Shown here: piece after piece, positions 1 to 14,484 of the stretch | How the letters are laid out: the number at the start of each line of letters is the position of its first letter | How positions within the stretch are numbered: position 1 is the stretch's first letter | Origin: Daphnia carinata | Taxonomy: Eukaryota | Direction of reading: 5' to 3' | NCBI RefSeq assembly: GCF_022539665.2 | Contig: NC_081331.1 | Coordinates: 5,084,001 to 5,148,000 of the forward strand | Length of the DNA: 64,000 bases | Notes under the pieces: generated by a model | What the model was told of the DNA's origin: nothing | Databases searched by the model: none | Seen by the model: only the letters and a program-made list of their open reading frames with translations | Made by a program: the position numbers and the translations under genes

Positions 1-3000
1 AATAGAGAAAGACTAGAAAACGTGTTTTCATAAACAAGCCGACATGTCGCCCGTGCTGCGTGTGTGTTTGCTTAGCCTTGCCGCGCGGCAACGAATGAGA
101 ACGAAAATAACCGTAAAATGTCACTTCTCATTTTAAAGAGCTGTTATAATCGGCTCTTATTTTATGATTGCTGAATCGGACCGAGGATGTTCCATTGGGT
201 GACCGTGGTGGACGTACGTCGACACGCTCAGAGAAAGGATATATACAACTATCACCATAGACTACTCTCTCTCTTTCTTATTGTGTGTGTGTGTCTATGT
301 GAATAGGTTGATACGAGTACTCGACAAGCACGACGGAGGGAAAGTGTTAACAAGTCGAATGTATTATCCAAAGAAAAAAATATCTAAATATGAAACAGGA
401 AAAAGGCAATCTTATTTATACGCATACACGCTTAAATTCGAAATCCTGTGCCTTTGCCATTGTGAGAGTTCTTTTGGGAATGAATCCAAAAGGATTTCGA
501 TGTCAACAGACGACAAAACGTAAAAAGACAAACAACCCAAAAAATCCTCCCCAAAAGTTTCTTTTTTTTTTCTTCTTCGTCAAATAGCAGTGTGTGTGGA
601 TATAGCGTCGAACGTGGACCTGTTGCTATTGGAGAGTTGGCTGGCCCTTCGCTGAAACGATGCTTTCGCTTTTTTAGAGGTCGGTGCAAGATTTCACGCG
701 GCCGATCTCGGTCACATCGCCACAGCGTCAGGCCGTTAAAGGGCAGTATAGGCACTTTGATGGAGATCATAGACGATATAGGCGTTGGTTTTCTTCGAGA
801 CTTTTCTTGTTTATTGGCTAAACATGGGGATACCAACACATCAACTGACGCCCCATTAGTTTCTTGTCTGCCACGATTCGCATGAAAAATAACAGCGATG
901 TCACAATAACACGCCAGGTTGGACCTCGCTCGTTACCCTTTTGGCCAAGCATTGTCTCCGTGTCTTTTGCTCCCTAACGTGTCATTTACCTAAGGTATAA
1001 TAGATAGCCTTTATTCTTTCAGACTTGGACAGTTCGTGCGTGTATGGCGTCATTCACGTATATTGCGAAACGCACAAAGAGAAAGAGATAATGACAATCA
1101 TCATTGTATGCAATATTATACATAGGGGAGTCAAGGACGAAGAGAGGAAAAGCACGATGGCCATTCGATTTGAAACGTCCTATTAAAAAATTCCAAGCTA
1201 AATCGAATTTCTTTTACTGCTGTGTTATTTGTCCCGACATACAAAATTTTTGACCTGTTGCTGCTTGCCATGAACTAGTAGGACATAGCATCGATCCGTC
1301 AATTTCCTCTGACGAGATATTCAAACACCGACATCTTACGATGAGCTAGAGACGAGAAATGAGGTGCGCGTATCTAGTCGGTCTGTTACGTGTGTTAACG
1401 GTATAACGCAACTCGGACACAAAACAGGCTGCGACCTGACATACTGACTTACTTTTAGGCACCTTTACCACACGCACGTAACTGATTGGCCGGTCTGTCG
1501 GTTCTTTCTCTACTCAACTCCCCCCCCCCTTGTTTTTTTTTTCTTTCATTTTCTCTCTTTCTCTATCCAAAACGAAATGACGATGAAATAATACAAAAAA
1601 AAACCCGAAATATTAAATTTCTCGTCCTTTCTCTTGCCTCGTTATTATTATTTTTTAAGGAAACTGCACCCAAGAAAATAGGATCATCAATAAGGGTTTC
1701 CCTACCTCCTCCCCTCTTTCTCTGATGATTTTGATTCCGTTTAACGAGTTCTTCGAACGCAACTTGCCTTTCAAAATGACGTCACTGTCGAGACATGTTA
1801 TGTTTGACGGCACCTCGAAATAAGACGGTTGGAATGTTATACCAGTGCTGTCAATGTACATCATCCGGCTTTGGAAGACAAAAGCGGGACGTTGTTTCGT
1901 CATCTAATTCATTTGGGTTTTTTTTTCCCCCTAAATTCCGGCTTTCTTGATGATAGAAAGAAAAATGTTTAGCCGCCATTTTCACAATAAAATGTAGACT
2001 CTTCCTTTCTGAACTGTTCCGGCTGTATTCCGTCGAAGGATGGTACGACTCTACCATTACCATAAAAATGTTTGTTTCATTGCCTAAATGGCCTCTAAAC
2101 CTTCAGAGCCATCAAGTTTTTGTGTTTTTTTTTTCCATTTTTGTGTTAGGCATTGTTTTGTTTTTTTCTGGAAGTTCCAACGACTTCTTCCGTCAACGAG
2201 TCCATATTTCTGCTAAATGTTATAAATACGCAAATGACAACGCGCACGCGCCCGCATGCTGCGTTAGACCCTCAGTTCGTGATAGGTGGGTTTCGCCTTT
2301 TGTCTTCGGCCGTGTCTAATGTATGGTAACGCGTGTGTACTTCGTGCACATTTTTCCCGTAGATGCTATAAGTGGGGACTCTTTGTCACCTTTGTGTCTT
2401 ATCTCATCTATATTTCTGACACATGAAAGAGCATTTTTTGTTCACCGTTTTGCAATCAGAATTTCGTGATATTATTCACGTAAGTTGGAAGGGCGATTTA
2501 AACGCACCGAAGCGCCGTGTTCTCATTTGATGTTAAAATGCATTTCTCTTTTGGGTGAAATCATTTGGGGACATTTTTTTTAAATGCCTTTTTTTTTTTC
2601 CTTGTATGTTCTCCTTTTTGTAGGTTGACGTGGATGATGAGCCGCAATAAAATTTGTTGTGCCATCTGCAGTCTCTTTTTTTACTTAGTGTACTCCTCTT
2701 GTAGTCTATTACACTATGTATAACTAAATAACGTACGGGGCACACACATCTTGTTCTGTTGGCGTTAAAACGCCATCGTCTGTGACGCGTCCATCGGCCA
2801 GTTGTTGTTGAGGGATGTGGAAGCCAAATCGAAGATATAATTTACCATCTTCGGGACATACTGGCGGGTGGCATTTTGCTTATCAGCCAATGGGAGCCCC
2901 GGCGTAGACAGCGAGTCCCGTGCGGTGTGAGGTGCCTAGGAGGAACCCTGAAGATAGGAGACTTTTGGCCGAACTGGAAGGGAAACCAAAAAAGGGGGCT

Positions 3001-3101
3001 GGGCTGCTTCTTTTGCTTTACCTGCGTCTTCCCAGCAGCACACGCCGGCAGTGAAAGTTGTTGCAGGCTATCTAAAATCCTGCAGTCGCGCAACCAACAT
3101 A

Positions 3102-3430
3102 CTTCAGTCGTGATCCGCACCGAACGAACGACAGTTCGCTGCTAGGAAACATCCTCAGCTTTATCCAAACGTTTGTTTTGGAAAACAAACCAAACAAAAA
3201 GTGTTACAAACATTTAATTTTTTTTTACCATTGGAAGTAGAAAAGAGACATTTAGAAATTGATTGACGTAAAGAAAGAGAAACAAAACTAACACGAGAAA
3301 AATTAGTCTGACGATGTTTATCTGCTGATCGAACAGAGTTCCAAGAAAGTGAACACTTTGTATTGAGATTTATCAAAACAAAGAGCTACACGAAACGAAA
3401 CGTAGCGGTGAATCATCTCAGGTGATAAGG
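3102..3430 (+). promoter_or_regulatory. Probable TSS and non-coding first exon of the peroxidase gene
   Basis: Arthropod Initiator-like TCAGTC at ~3103; strong donor AAG|GTGAGT at ~3430; acceptor CAG just before the ATG at 5052. Confidence 0.4.
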
Positions 3431-5051
3431 TGAGTCCGATTTCATTCTTTGTGAGGGTTTCGTTATTTTGTCTTGTCATTTGTAGTTACGTGATGAAGTG
3501 GTTAAGTCTCTTGCGTGTTGTCTTTATGATGTGTCCATACCAAGTCTTGGGCCATAGAAAGTGGCCTCGGTTCTTCTCTTCCAAAATCTCGGTCGAAACG
3601 ATGGTAGGAGTATCACTAAAAAAAAAAAAATGAAGGGCTGATGTAAAAGACCAGGAGGGGTGGTGGTAGAGAAGAGGGGGGGGGGGGAGAAATTGAGGAC
3701 GCCGTTCCCGGACCCCTCACGTTTTTCACGTTCGTTCTGGCGACTTTCTTTCTTTTCTCCGACCTCCTCCCTTTTTATTTTGGAAAAAGAAAATGTTGTT
3801 GGCTTCTTTCTCTTTTTCTTTCTTTCTTCCTTTTTAAATGAAACACACATTTCTCCATACTTTTGATGCGGCCAAAGAAGAAGAAGAGTTCCATATCTCC
3901 AGGTCGTCCTTTCTCCAGCTGGCGGCATTAGCGCTTTCTCCACTCCACTACAACTTCTTTTTAGATTCCATCTTTTTTTTTCTTTCTTTCTTTTAAGGAC
4001 ACAAACATTTGTTCCGTCCTTTTTCTTATTTCTTTTTTTTTATTATTATTTAAACCGGCCATTCGTTGCTCTCATTCTTTCTCCCGTCAGCTGGTCTCAC
4101 CTTCTGCTATCAAGAATTTTGTTCGAATTGTACAATACTATTTCATCACCGGAAGCCATCGACTGAAAAAAAAACATCAATCCCCCCCTCGACAAAGAAA
4201 ATGAAAAAAAAAAATAAATATGTGGTGCTAACCAAATAGAGCGTGAGTCGTTCACCTGGTCGCACCTGGCTTCAGCCAAAGTTTGCATACTTATTTTCGA
4301 TCACAATCATTCATAGCACCCATTCGGGTAGAGGTCACCTTGATGTCATCTGTTTTAGGGTTTCTTTTTAAATCACTTTGTCCGTCACTCCGATCTCTAG
4401 CGTGGACTTAAAAGGATGATAAAAAAAAAAATCGGACGAAAGTCCTCCAACAGTGAACCCAACACGACACGTTGGCACGTTACAAGGTCGTGACTCGTTT
4501 GGTTAGTTTCGCGTTTAAAATACAGGATTTCCGGATGTCGTCAGCATCTTGTTGCACCTACGCTTCGGTTAGCAAGTCACCGACGGGTACATACTATCTG
4601 TTTGTTTTATCTGCACGCCGACATTAAAACAAAAAAAAAAAACGACTTACCTTTCCCATACTGCAGAAACAAGTTTTGGCGAGAAAGGGATGTGACTCAG
4701 CAGAAAGTATTTAAAAATCAGTCCGTTTGCCTTTTTTCTTTAATCCTAGAATGTTTCTATATTGTAGTTTTGTGGGTCGTCTTCTTAATAATAGTAGATA
4801 ACTGGGGAGATAAGTGAAAGACTCCGTGACAGGCATATGTCGGCCCGTTCACTCAACAAGTTCACCTTGAACCTTCCGGTAGTGTTTCTTGTGAGAGATT
4901 TAGAAAGAGATGCTTCCATGTTGTGCCAATTTTTACACAGATGCTAAAAAAAAATCATGTCCAAATAAGGCAGAAACAAACATGTGTCCAATGAAATAAT
5001 GTGATTCTTTTTTTTGAAACGAATTCCTTTCACCTGTCAACAGGTTGAAGA

Positions 5052-8000
5052 ATGGCGCCGCTGAACGCGAAGCGCTACTGCTTTCCATTAGCCCGGATTT
5101 TGCTGTTGATTTGCCTGTGCTGCGCCAGCCATGCCATCCACTTCGACACCGTCTTTACTGACAAAGTCATTATCGACGGACAGCAACAAGTAGTGCGGGC
5201 AAAGAGAGACACCCTGGTCAAGCACAAGACGCAACATCTGAAACCGGCCATCGAGATTGAGCCCATCAACGAAAAGGTCAGAGTGGCCATGCCTCACTTC
5301 AACGTCCAGGAATTGACGACGTACGCCAATCAAGCGGCCGCCGCCATCGCCACCCGTTTCGATGAATTCGAGCCAACTCTTTTGGCCAGCAACGGTAAGC
5401 TGTTGGCTCGTTTCCCGGGGAACATCCTCGACACTCTATGACACGTGAAAGTCGCACAAGGGAAAGCTCCCTCGTGTCTGAATCGGCCATCGTAATACTT
5501 TTGTAGAAACGATGGGTCTGCAGTTTCTTTTTAATTTCTAATTAAATACCGGTATTAACTATTGGCCATAGTCATTGTTTTGTTTTCCTTTCAATTCGTT
5601 GGCTGTCCAGTTCGATATCCCTAGTTGTCCCACTAACTACACGACAGTTTTCTCTTTTCGTATTCAAACGTTTCGAAATTCGCGCGACCTCTTTTCTGTT
5701 TCTGAATTTTAAATAATATTCAAGAATGCCTTTTCATAAATATTTCACAAAAAAACGGAAGTTTCGCCTTCAAGGCTTCGTACCAATTAAAAGAACATTA
5801 GGCTAATTTTGGTTTGACAACAGACTTGGAAACGATGCTAACGTTGATTATTTCCGCATTTCGTTTGCAGATAGTCGGCTACAAACATCAAGTGCCGCCT
5901 GGTTCATGGCGGCCTCTCACAAGACCAAGGTTGTGGCTAAAAACATCTCGCGAATCGCCCTGATGGCCGAAGAGACGACCAAATACATTGCTCAAGGGTA
6001 ATGATGTCATGTTTCCATGGGAAAAACTGCGATTTGTCAAAACCATTCGTTCTCTAACTTTGAATTCTTTTGATGGGACCTTCAGATTAAAACTGACCAA
6101 GGAGCAAATCACCTTCGCCCTGCCGACCATGGACGTCCGCAACACGGTCCTGGCCGACCAGTGCCCACTCGAAGTCGATTTCCCGTGCCAGCCGCGCAAG
6201 TACAGAGCCTACAACGGCTATTGCAACAACGTGCAGAATCCTCGGTGGGGCAACGCCAACACCCGCTACCTGCGGTTCCTCCCGCCCGATTACAGCGACG
6301 GTAAGAAGACACAGTGACATGTTCATGATTCTTCTATCGCCCACAAGCTGTGGCTCTGTCGACACACCGAGACAGAGATAATTCATTATTATTATTTTTG
6401 ATGATGGATGAGTCGAGTATTATTTTTGCGTGTCCTCAATGAGCCCAGGTGTCAGCATTCCCCGCCAGGCGACGGACGGAACATTCCTGCCCAGCGCCAG
6501 AGACATTTCCCTGGCCGTTCACAAGGATGTCGACAATCCGCACCTTCATCTGACGGCCATGGCGGCCATTTGGGGACAACTGGTGCACAACGATATCTCC
6601 CACACGCCGCAAATGGCCGGTGAGTTTTCTTTTTCCCTATCTGGTGAACCACGCTGTATTCGTATACCCCACCCTCTCTTCTCCCCCCCCCATGATCTCT
6701 TCGTTCTTATTAATGTATATTTCGCTGCGTCACGAATGTTCTTCCTTCGTGTTGGGGAGAAACTTTCTCTTCAGAGGATTGGCCTCCATTAACTTGCGTT
6801 TGTCTGACCCTCTATTTTATTAACACACACATTCTGTGTGCTCTTCAGGTTTTCTGGGTCAGCGCCTCAGGTGTTGCGGAGTGAATTTGCATGAATTCCA
6901 CCCCGAATGCTACCCGATCCGGCTGCCGGACACGGATCCCGTCAACGGGCTGAACAACATCAAATGCCAAGAATACGTCAGATCGGGAACGGCCCCGAGA
7001 GTCGGCTGCACGCTCGGCCCCCGAGAGCAAATCAACCAGGTCACGAGTTTCATGGACGGCTCCACCATCTACGGCAGCTCCGTCGAAGAGGCCAACGACT
7101 TGAGGCTCTTCCGCTCCGGCTTAATGAAGACTCAACCCGGCCCTGCCGGCACCAGCAAAGGCCTACTTCCGCCCGACGACAACGTCATCGACTGCAACAC
7201 CAAACATAAGGATCTCAAGTGAGTCACGAGAAAGTGTTTTTTCCTTCCAGACAGGAGAGAGTAATAGCCAATGGAATTTCCGTCACCCTTCAATGGAAGT
7301 TCCAGTAAGAATAGAAGTGTGAGAAAAAGAGGGGGATATAAACATTTGATGTCGGGATTGAATGAAAGCCTTTTAACGTTGAACACTTTCACCAGCACTT
7401 TTGAACGGAACAAAAAAAACGACTCTTAACTCTCTCGTTCAAACGTATTGAGCTTTCTCGATAATAACATTCTTTTATGTTATAGGTGCTTCAAAGCGGG
7501 AGACGTTCGAGTTAACGAGCATACAGAGCTAACAGCCCTTCACGTAATTCTGATACGTGAACACAACCGTCTAGCCGAGGAATTGGGCGCCATAAACCCC
7601 CACTGGTCCGACGAGACGCTCTTCCAGGAGGCGCGCCGGATCGTTGGTGCCGAGATGCAGCACATTACCTACTCGGAATTCCTGCCCGTCATTCTAGGCC
7701 AGACGATCATGGAGAAGTACGGATTGGAGCCGGAATTGAGCGGTTATTTCACCGGATACGACATCAACATCAATCCGGGTGTGGCCAATTCCGTGGCGGC
7801 TTCCGCGCTCCGCTTCGTCGCTTCCCTCCTACCCAAAAAGATGGGATTGTATCGCAACGGAAGGAAAATCTCCGAACAGAAAATGGGATCCTCCTTCTAC
7901 GCTCCTTTTGAATTGTACGAAGCCAACGGGCTGGATGAAATCATCGAAGGCCTCGCCCGCACTTTGTCCCAATCCGAAGATCCGTCCATCAATGACGTCA

Positions 8001-11000
8001 TGACCAATCACATGTTCCAGGACAAACCCGGCAGTAAGTTGAATGAATTTTTGATTTCTGATTTGCATCTTATTTTTAACTAATGTTTTGAATTTCAGCC
8101 GCTGGGCTGGATTTGGCGGCTCAAATCATCCAGCACGGCCGTGATCACGGCATTCCGGGTTACATCAAATGGCGCGAATTCTGCGGTCTTCCGGCCGTCC
8201 AGAATTTCGACCAACTTAGCGACGTGATGAATGGCGCCACGATCGCTACCTTGAAGAGCATTTATCGTCACGTCAACGATATCGACTTGTTCACCGGCGG
8301 ATTGGCCGAAACTCCCAACGCTGGTGCGGTTGTTGGACGCACTCTTGGCTGTCTCATCGGCCGTCAGTTTCACTATCTACGACGTGGAGATCGTTACTGG
8401 TACGAAAACGAACTTCCACCCTCGTCTTTCACTAAAGGTAATTTCCTTTTAATTGGTTCACTTTGACATCAGTCCTAATTAAATGTAACGCTTACAGATC
8501 AACTTCACGCCATTAGAAAAGTGTCATTGGCTCGTCTCATCTGCGACAACAGCGATTCCATCAACCAAATTCAACCTCGAGTCTTCTTGATCGACGATCC
8601 CTTCTTGTAATTTTTCAATAGACGTTTCAATTTTGCATTGGGTTATTATCCGAACGTTTGAATTTGTAGGAACGCTGACATGTCTTGCCACGACGGAGTC
8701 ATCCCCAAGATGGACCTTAGCGCATGGAAAACTGCTTCGCCGCATTTCGTCATCCCGGAAACATTGCTGGAAGAGTCTGTAGTGCGGGCAAAACGAGAGG
8801 CCGAGGATTACCTTACCTTGGAAGAGACCCTACAGTTGACAGCTGGTAAGTGTTACCTTGAAACGTGTGTGAAAGCTCTCTTTAGACGCCATTGCTTTGT
8901 CAAACCAAAAAAACAAAATAATGACGAGACGCAAACGAACCGAACGATGAGACTTGTGTGTGAATGACTACTACAGCTGCTGCTGCTGCTTCTTCTCCTT
9001 CGACTCGGCCCAAGAGACAGATCTCATACTACAACCCCATAACGAACTTGAGTGCCTGGACGCGAACGGCCATGCATTCAGCTAATGACAAGATGGCCAA
9101 CTTCTTAACTTTGCACTCGCTGGTAACACCGGCACCGATCCACCGCCGCCGAAATTCCCCTCAAACGATCCTAACAACCATTCACCCATCCCTGAGAGCT
9201 TGGCTGGCCCCGCTCATTTACCCTAGACTCCGTACTGGCCATCACGAAGACCACGGTTTCCAGGAGCGTCAAAGTTTTGAGCAGCAGCCTCGCTTTCACG
9301 GAGCCAACGCTCAGGCCCTCAATCAATACAATCTTGACCAGCACCTGCTGAACCTGCTGTTGGCCAGCTATGGCGAAGGCGAAGTTGAAACGGACTCGTA
9401 TGGACCACGAAAGCGAGAAGCGGTTGACGTACTTCAGGACTCGGCCCGAGTGGCCCATCACGTGGCCGGCTTGTTGGCCGATTACGAGAGTCAACGTAAG
9501 TTCCCTCCCGATCCCACCTCAGCCTGACGCTCGGGACGCACTTGCCACCTCTCCGAAATTCCAAAACAAAATCTCCATCCTTATACCCCACACAACAAAA
9601 AACGCTTTGACGCTTGTTTTCGCCAGTTCTTTCATTTCTCACCCAACGTACGAGCGATTGTTTTTTTTAATTTTATTTAAAGACAGCATTGTAACACCTT
9701 GTATCGGGACAAAAAAGACAGAAAACAACAATAACAATTGGGAAGGTATACTCTCTAATTTTTGGTTTCTACACCTCGCTCACCAAAAGGATGAAGGACA
9801 TTTTGCATGGAAAACAAAAACGCTAGGAACGCGTGGTGTCTTGCTGGGCGTGTTTTCATAATGTTTTCGACATTTTCAGATTTAATTTATGTAAACGATT
9901 GTTCAAGGTACATTTACTAGGCCGATCGGCTGGCCTCACTCTTTGAAATGCACGAAGAGCACGAAATGCCTGTGCATGATCAAATAATGAAATCTTGTTA
10001 TGCTATCATATTTAAATGTTTTGATCACTTTTTCTAAGCAGGTAAAGGAGCTGATCCTAAATCTCCTGTTGGTACGGCTTTTAGCTTCAGCAGACCCAAA
10101 CGTCAAGCGAGTGCTATCGCCAACATTTCACGCGTTCTCCAGTTTGCTTCCAAACGATTTGTTAACAGCTTCCTCAACCTGTAAGTCTATTATTTCAATT
10201 CGTGTTTTTTTTTTAAAGAAGATTTCAAATGTCCCCGTTCGACGTAACAGCGTCAATCAAAAGGACGTGGAATCGCAACCGCAGCCGTCTACCCTCCAGG
10301 ATTTGATGAAAGTGTTGCCGAACATCGACGTCAGTGAAGTCGTCGATATCCCCAAAGTGTTCCAGTGCGACGAACAGACCTTGCCTTGCGATCACACCAG
10401 CAAATACCGCACGATGACTGGCTGGTGTAACAACCTCAACTTCCCCGAGCTGGGCAAATCTCTCAGGGCTTTCGTTCGCCTCCTACCACCAAAATACGAG
10501 GACGGTACGTGGTAGTGAATCTATCTCATTATCCGTTAGTTTTATACCATTCATTTGGGTTGTGTTAGGGCTATCCACGATGCGTGCTACCGCCGTTTCG
10601 GGCCGTCCGTTACCTAGTGCCCGCATGGTTTCGGCTAATATTCACAACGACGTTAGCGCCCCGCACACCCGCTATTCGCTCATGGTCATGCAATACGCCC
10701 AATTGCTGGATCACGATCTGACTTTCACGCCCGTCAATCGCGGCTTTGGTGGTTCGATTATCGATTGCAACAGTTGCGACTCGGCCAAAACCGTTCATCC
10801 GGAATGCGCGCCCATCTCTATACCTCCCAATGATCCTTGGTTCCCTCACATCGAACGCTCTACCGGCCGTCCCAAATGCATTCCCTTCACTAGATCTTTA
10901 CCCGGTCAACTGACTCTCGGTACTTGACTTTTTTTTAGTAGATAATAATTCAGACTTATAATGCGTATTTATTTATCTAGGACATCGTGAACAGTTGAAT

Positions 11001-12881
11001 CAAGTGACGGCATTCGTTGATGGATCAAGTACCTATGGCAGTGATGTTTGCGAGATGCGCAAACTGCGTGCGTTCGTGGGCGGCCGATTGAATTCCACCC
11101 GTCATCCAATCCGCGGCAAGGATCTCTTACCTTTAACTGGAGAGCATCTTGAATGCAAATCACCATCTGGCGTATGCTTCACTGGAGGTAATTTATCGCT
11201 ATCTGTTATTCGTTTTTTCTTCAATTTATTACATTTGTGCATCTACAGGAGACACTCGTGCAAGCGAACAGCCTGGATTGACTTCCATTCACACAATCTT
11301 CATGAGAGAACACAATCGTATTGTTACTGAGCTCGCCAAAATCAATCCTCATTGGAACGACGAACAGTTGTTCCAGAACGGCCGACGCATTATGAGCGCA
11401 GAATTCCAGCACGTATCGTACAACGAATTCCTTCCGCGCGTGCTCGGATGGAATGCCATCCAGCTTTACGAACTTAAAGTCCTTACCGAGGGCTATTACA
11501 ATGGTATGATTTTTAAAAAATACAGTTTCTGAAAAAAAAATTTATTGAGAAATGATTCGGATAAAAGGCTACGATGCGACATGCAACCCCACCATTTTTA
11601 CCGAGTTTTCCAGCGCGGCCTTCCGTTTCGGCCACTCGTTGCTCAAAGAACAATTCAAACGTATGGGAGCCAATTTCGTCGATCGTAAATTGAATGTGAA
11701 ATTGCGTGACGTATTCATGAATCCAGGTAATTTATTTTGATTCACTGAATCCATCAAGTTCCCCATCGTTAAAGTCGACTTACTTGTTTAGATATCATCT
11801 ACCAAGTCGGTATGATCGACGATCTGTTGCGCGGATTGTTGGGCACTTCCATGGAAACCATGGATCAATTTATTACCCAAGAAGTGACCAACCACTTGTT
11901 CGAAGAGAGGGCCAAGCCTTTCTCTGGACTCGATTTGGCAGCTCTGAACATCCAGCGAGCTCGCGATCACGGCATCCGACCTTACAACGATTATCGCGCT
12001 CTTTGTAACTTGAAACGAGCCAGGACGTGGGAAGATTTGTCGCGTGAAATCACGCCGGAAATCATTACCCGTTTGAGGCAGACTTACGAACACGTCGACG
12101 ACATTGACCTCTTCCCCGGCGGATTGGCCGAGACATCCTTGCACGGTGGCCTTGTCGGTCCAACTTTCGCCTGTATTATTGCTATGCAATTCCGACAGCT
12201 GCGGAAATGCGATCGTTTCTGGTAAGCCTTAATTATTTTGAACTTAAGTAACGCCTCATACTCATTTGTGTTTTCTTGGTCAGGTATGAAAACGGTGATC
12301 CATTGATCCGATTCACAGAAGCTCAATTAGCTGAGGTCCGTAAAGCAACGGTGTCCAAATTGATATGTGATAACTCTGATGGAATTGACACCACCCAACG
12401 ATCAGCTTTCGATCAGAGCGAACCATTCTTGTAAGTTGCTATAATTCATTTTTATGAGGAACTTTTTAAACGAACTGATGAATTTTACAAATAGGAATCC
12501 CCGTGTGCCTTGTCGGTCTTTGCCGTCGATCGATTTGGAATTATGGAAGGAACGAGTTTCGTGTACCGTAGGATCAACCAACATTGAAGTCGGAAAGGCG
12601 GATCGAATTTCCCCTTGCGTCATGTGTACTTGCACAAGAGAAGGAGTAAGTTTTAGGTTATTATTTGAATCACTGATGAGCTGGAAATTTAACAGTTTGC
12701 TTTTGATTAACAGCCCATTTGCCAGTCATTGAAGGTAGTCAACTGTTTCCAATTGGCTCAGACTTTTAGCCCGGCCGCGATTTTGAACGATCACGTATGT
12801 AAAGTGCAATGCGCATTTGCTTTCCGAGCCTTCCCGCAAGTCGCTGCGGCGCAAGATCCCAATCAGCTCGGTTTCAGTTAA
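5052..12881 (+). CDS. Secreted double-domain animal heme peroxidase (DBLOX/CG10211-like, chorion-peroxidase family), ~20 exons
   Basis: Signal peptide. Two tandem peroxidase domains, each with YR..G.CNN, REQ.NQVT.F.DGS..YGS, GD.R..E, REHNR, RDHG and DIDLF.GGLAE motifs. Cys-rich tail; last exon 12714-12881 ends ...NQLGFS-TAA. Confidence 0.93.
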
Positions 12882-14484
12882 ATCTTCTGTACGCTGACGG
12901 AAAACTGAGGGGGGAGAAAAAAATATGACAACAACATCAACGCAAAAAGAAGAGAACCCCCTCTACACTTGTTTTGGATTTATGATAAGAAATTTGTATA
13001 ATCATCGGTGCTACGATTTCGAAATGTCTTTTTTTCGGTCAGTAATGTAATAATTGGGAAATCTTGAATACGCTGGACGTCTGTATAAACAGTTTTTGCC
13101 AACTTTTATTTGAATCATATCAATGACTGACTTTCTTTCATCACCTCGACTTGGGTGTCTGTAAATTAGGCGCAGTCGCAAGTCAGGATTTGATGCTTTC
13201 TACATTTGGACTCGCTGCTGATGCAAATCTAAGCGGATACGCAAGGCGATCCTCTTATCTAAATATATACTTAATGCTTGGCCACTTTGCTGGCCGTGGC
13301 ATTGCATCTTGTGGTATGATGAGTGATGACCTGCTAATTATGTAAGAAACAAATATAAAATGTAAATTGAATGTCGTACTTAACGAATAATTCTAACGAA
13401 AACTATCGCGTCAGTAAACCTAGTGGTGAATTAGAAAAAGAAAGAGATCAAAGTATAAAGGTTTGATGAATAAATAAGCGTCTAGACGAAGATAGCACAA
13501 ACTGTAACACGCCCTTTTACCTGTACAGAATTGTAAATGAAAACTTGACGCGTTGTATACTCTGTTATCTAGGGTAGTACCGTTCACTACATCATAAAGA
13601 TCGATCCCGCTAACTCGTGTAGAGAATTAGTAGATCGTGTGTCGTTAGTTTTCCCACTTTCAACGGGGCAGGAAGTTAATCAGCGTGCAATGACCGAATT
13701 CATTACCCACATTTCTATTTCTGCATGTAACGTATTATAGATAGATATAAATGCACGTAACCCACCGAGCTACTTTGCGGCGCGCTGTTCAAACCACACC
13801 TTGAATATTTCAAATATGCTTAACGTCATTTACTTCGGAGAAAAGTTGTGGCATATTCACGTTTCGTCTTAAAAGGATTCGGCCAGCATTCAAATACTAA
13901 GAAAGGGGACCAGTTATTTTAATTACTATTCATTTGTCAACGACACGAGTTTACCCATTCGTTTGTGACCAGTTTGGAGTGGAACCCAAAAAATGACCGG
14001 AACTGCAAACATTCGTAGTCGAGGACGGAATTTTAAACAAGTAGATTCGTTACACGAACAAAGCCGCACAAAGGTGTGTTTGTTGCGCAGTCTGTTCAGC
14101 CGCAGGCCATTTTTTCTCCCGAAAGTCTCTCCGATTTGGGCGTCGTGAATGCTCGTCGAAACCAAGATGAGTAGAAGGAGAAAATTTTGGGAAAGAGCCA
14201 GCTCGTACACGTAGAAAAGCATAGCTCTGAAAAAATAGAAAACGCCTCCATAAAACAAGTCCCTTCTCTCCGTTGCCGCCCATTATGTTGGGCGGCGTGC
14301 CTACCTGTTGAACGCAGCACGCGCAACGTTACGATCCTACCATCCCAGTGTGTTCGTGACGAGTGTTGGTGCGAGTGACGGTGCTAAGCTTCTGTCATCA
14401 AATTTCATCCAATTCGACACTCGGATTGTAATTTTTGAAGTACTCATTGTATGTTTGTTAGTTCACGCCGAGTGAGAAACGAAT

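Noticed and set aside
1..5000. Many 60-140 aa ORFs upstream of the peroxidase
   Set aside because: Low-complexity A/T-run translations with no motifs or consistent exon structure; consistent with intergenic and first-intron DNA
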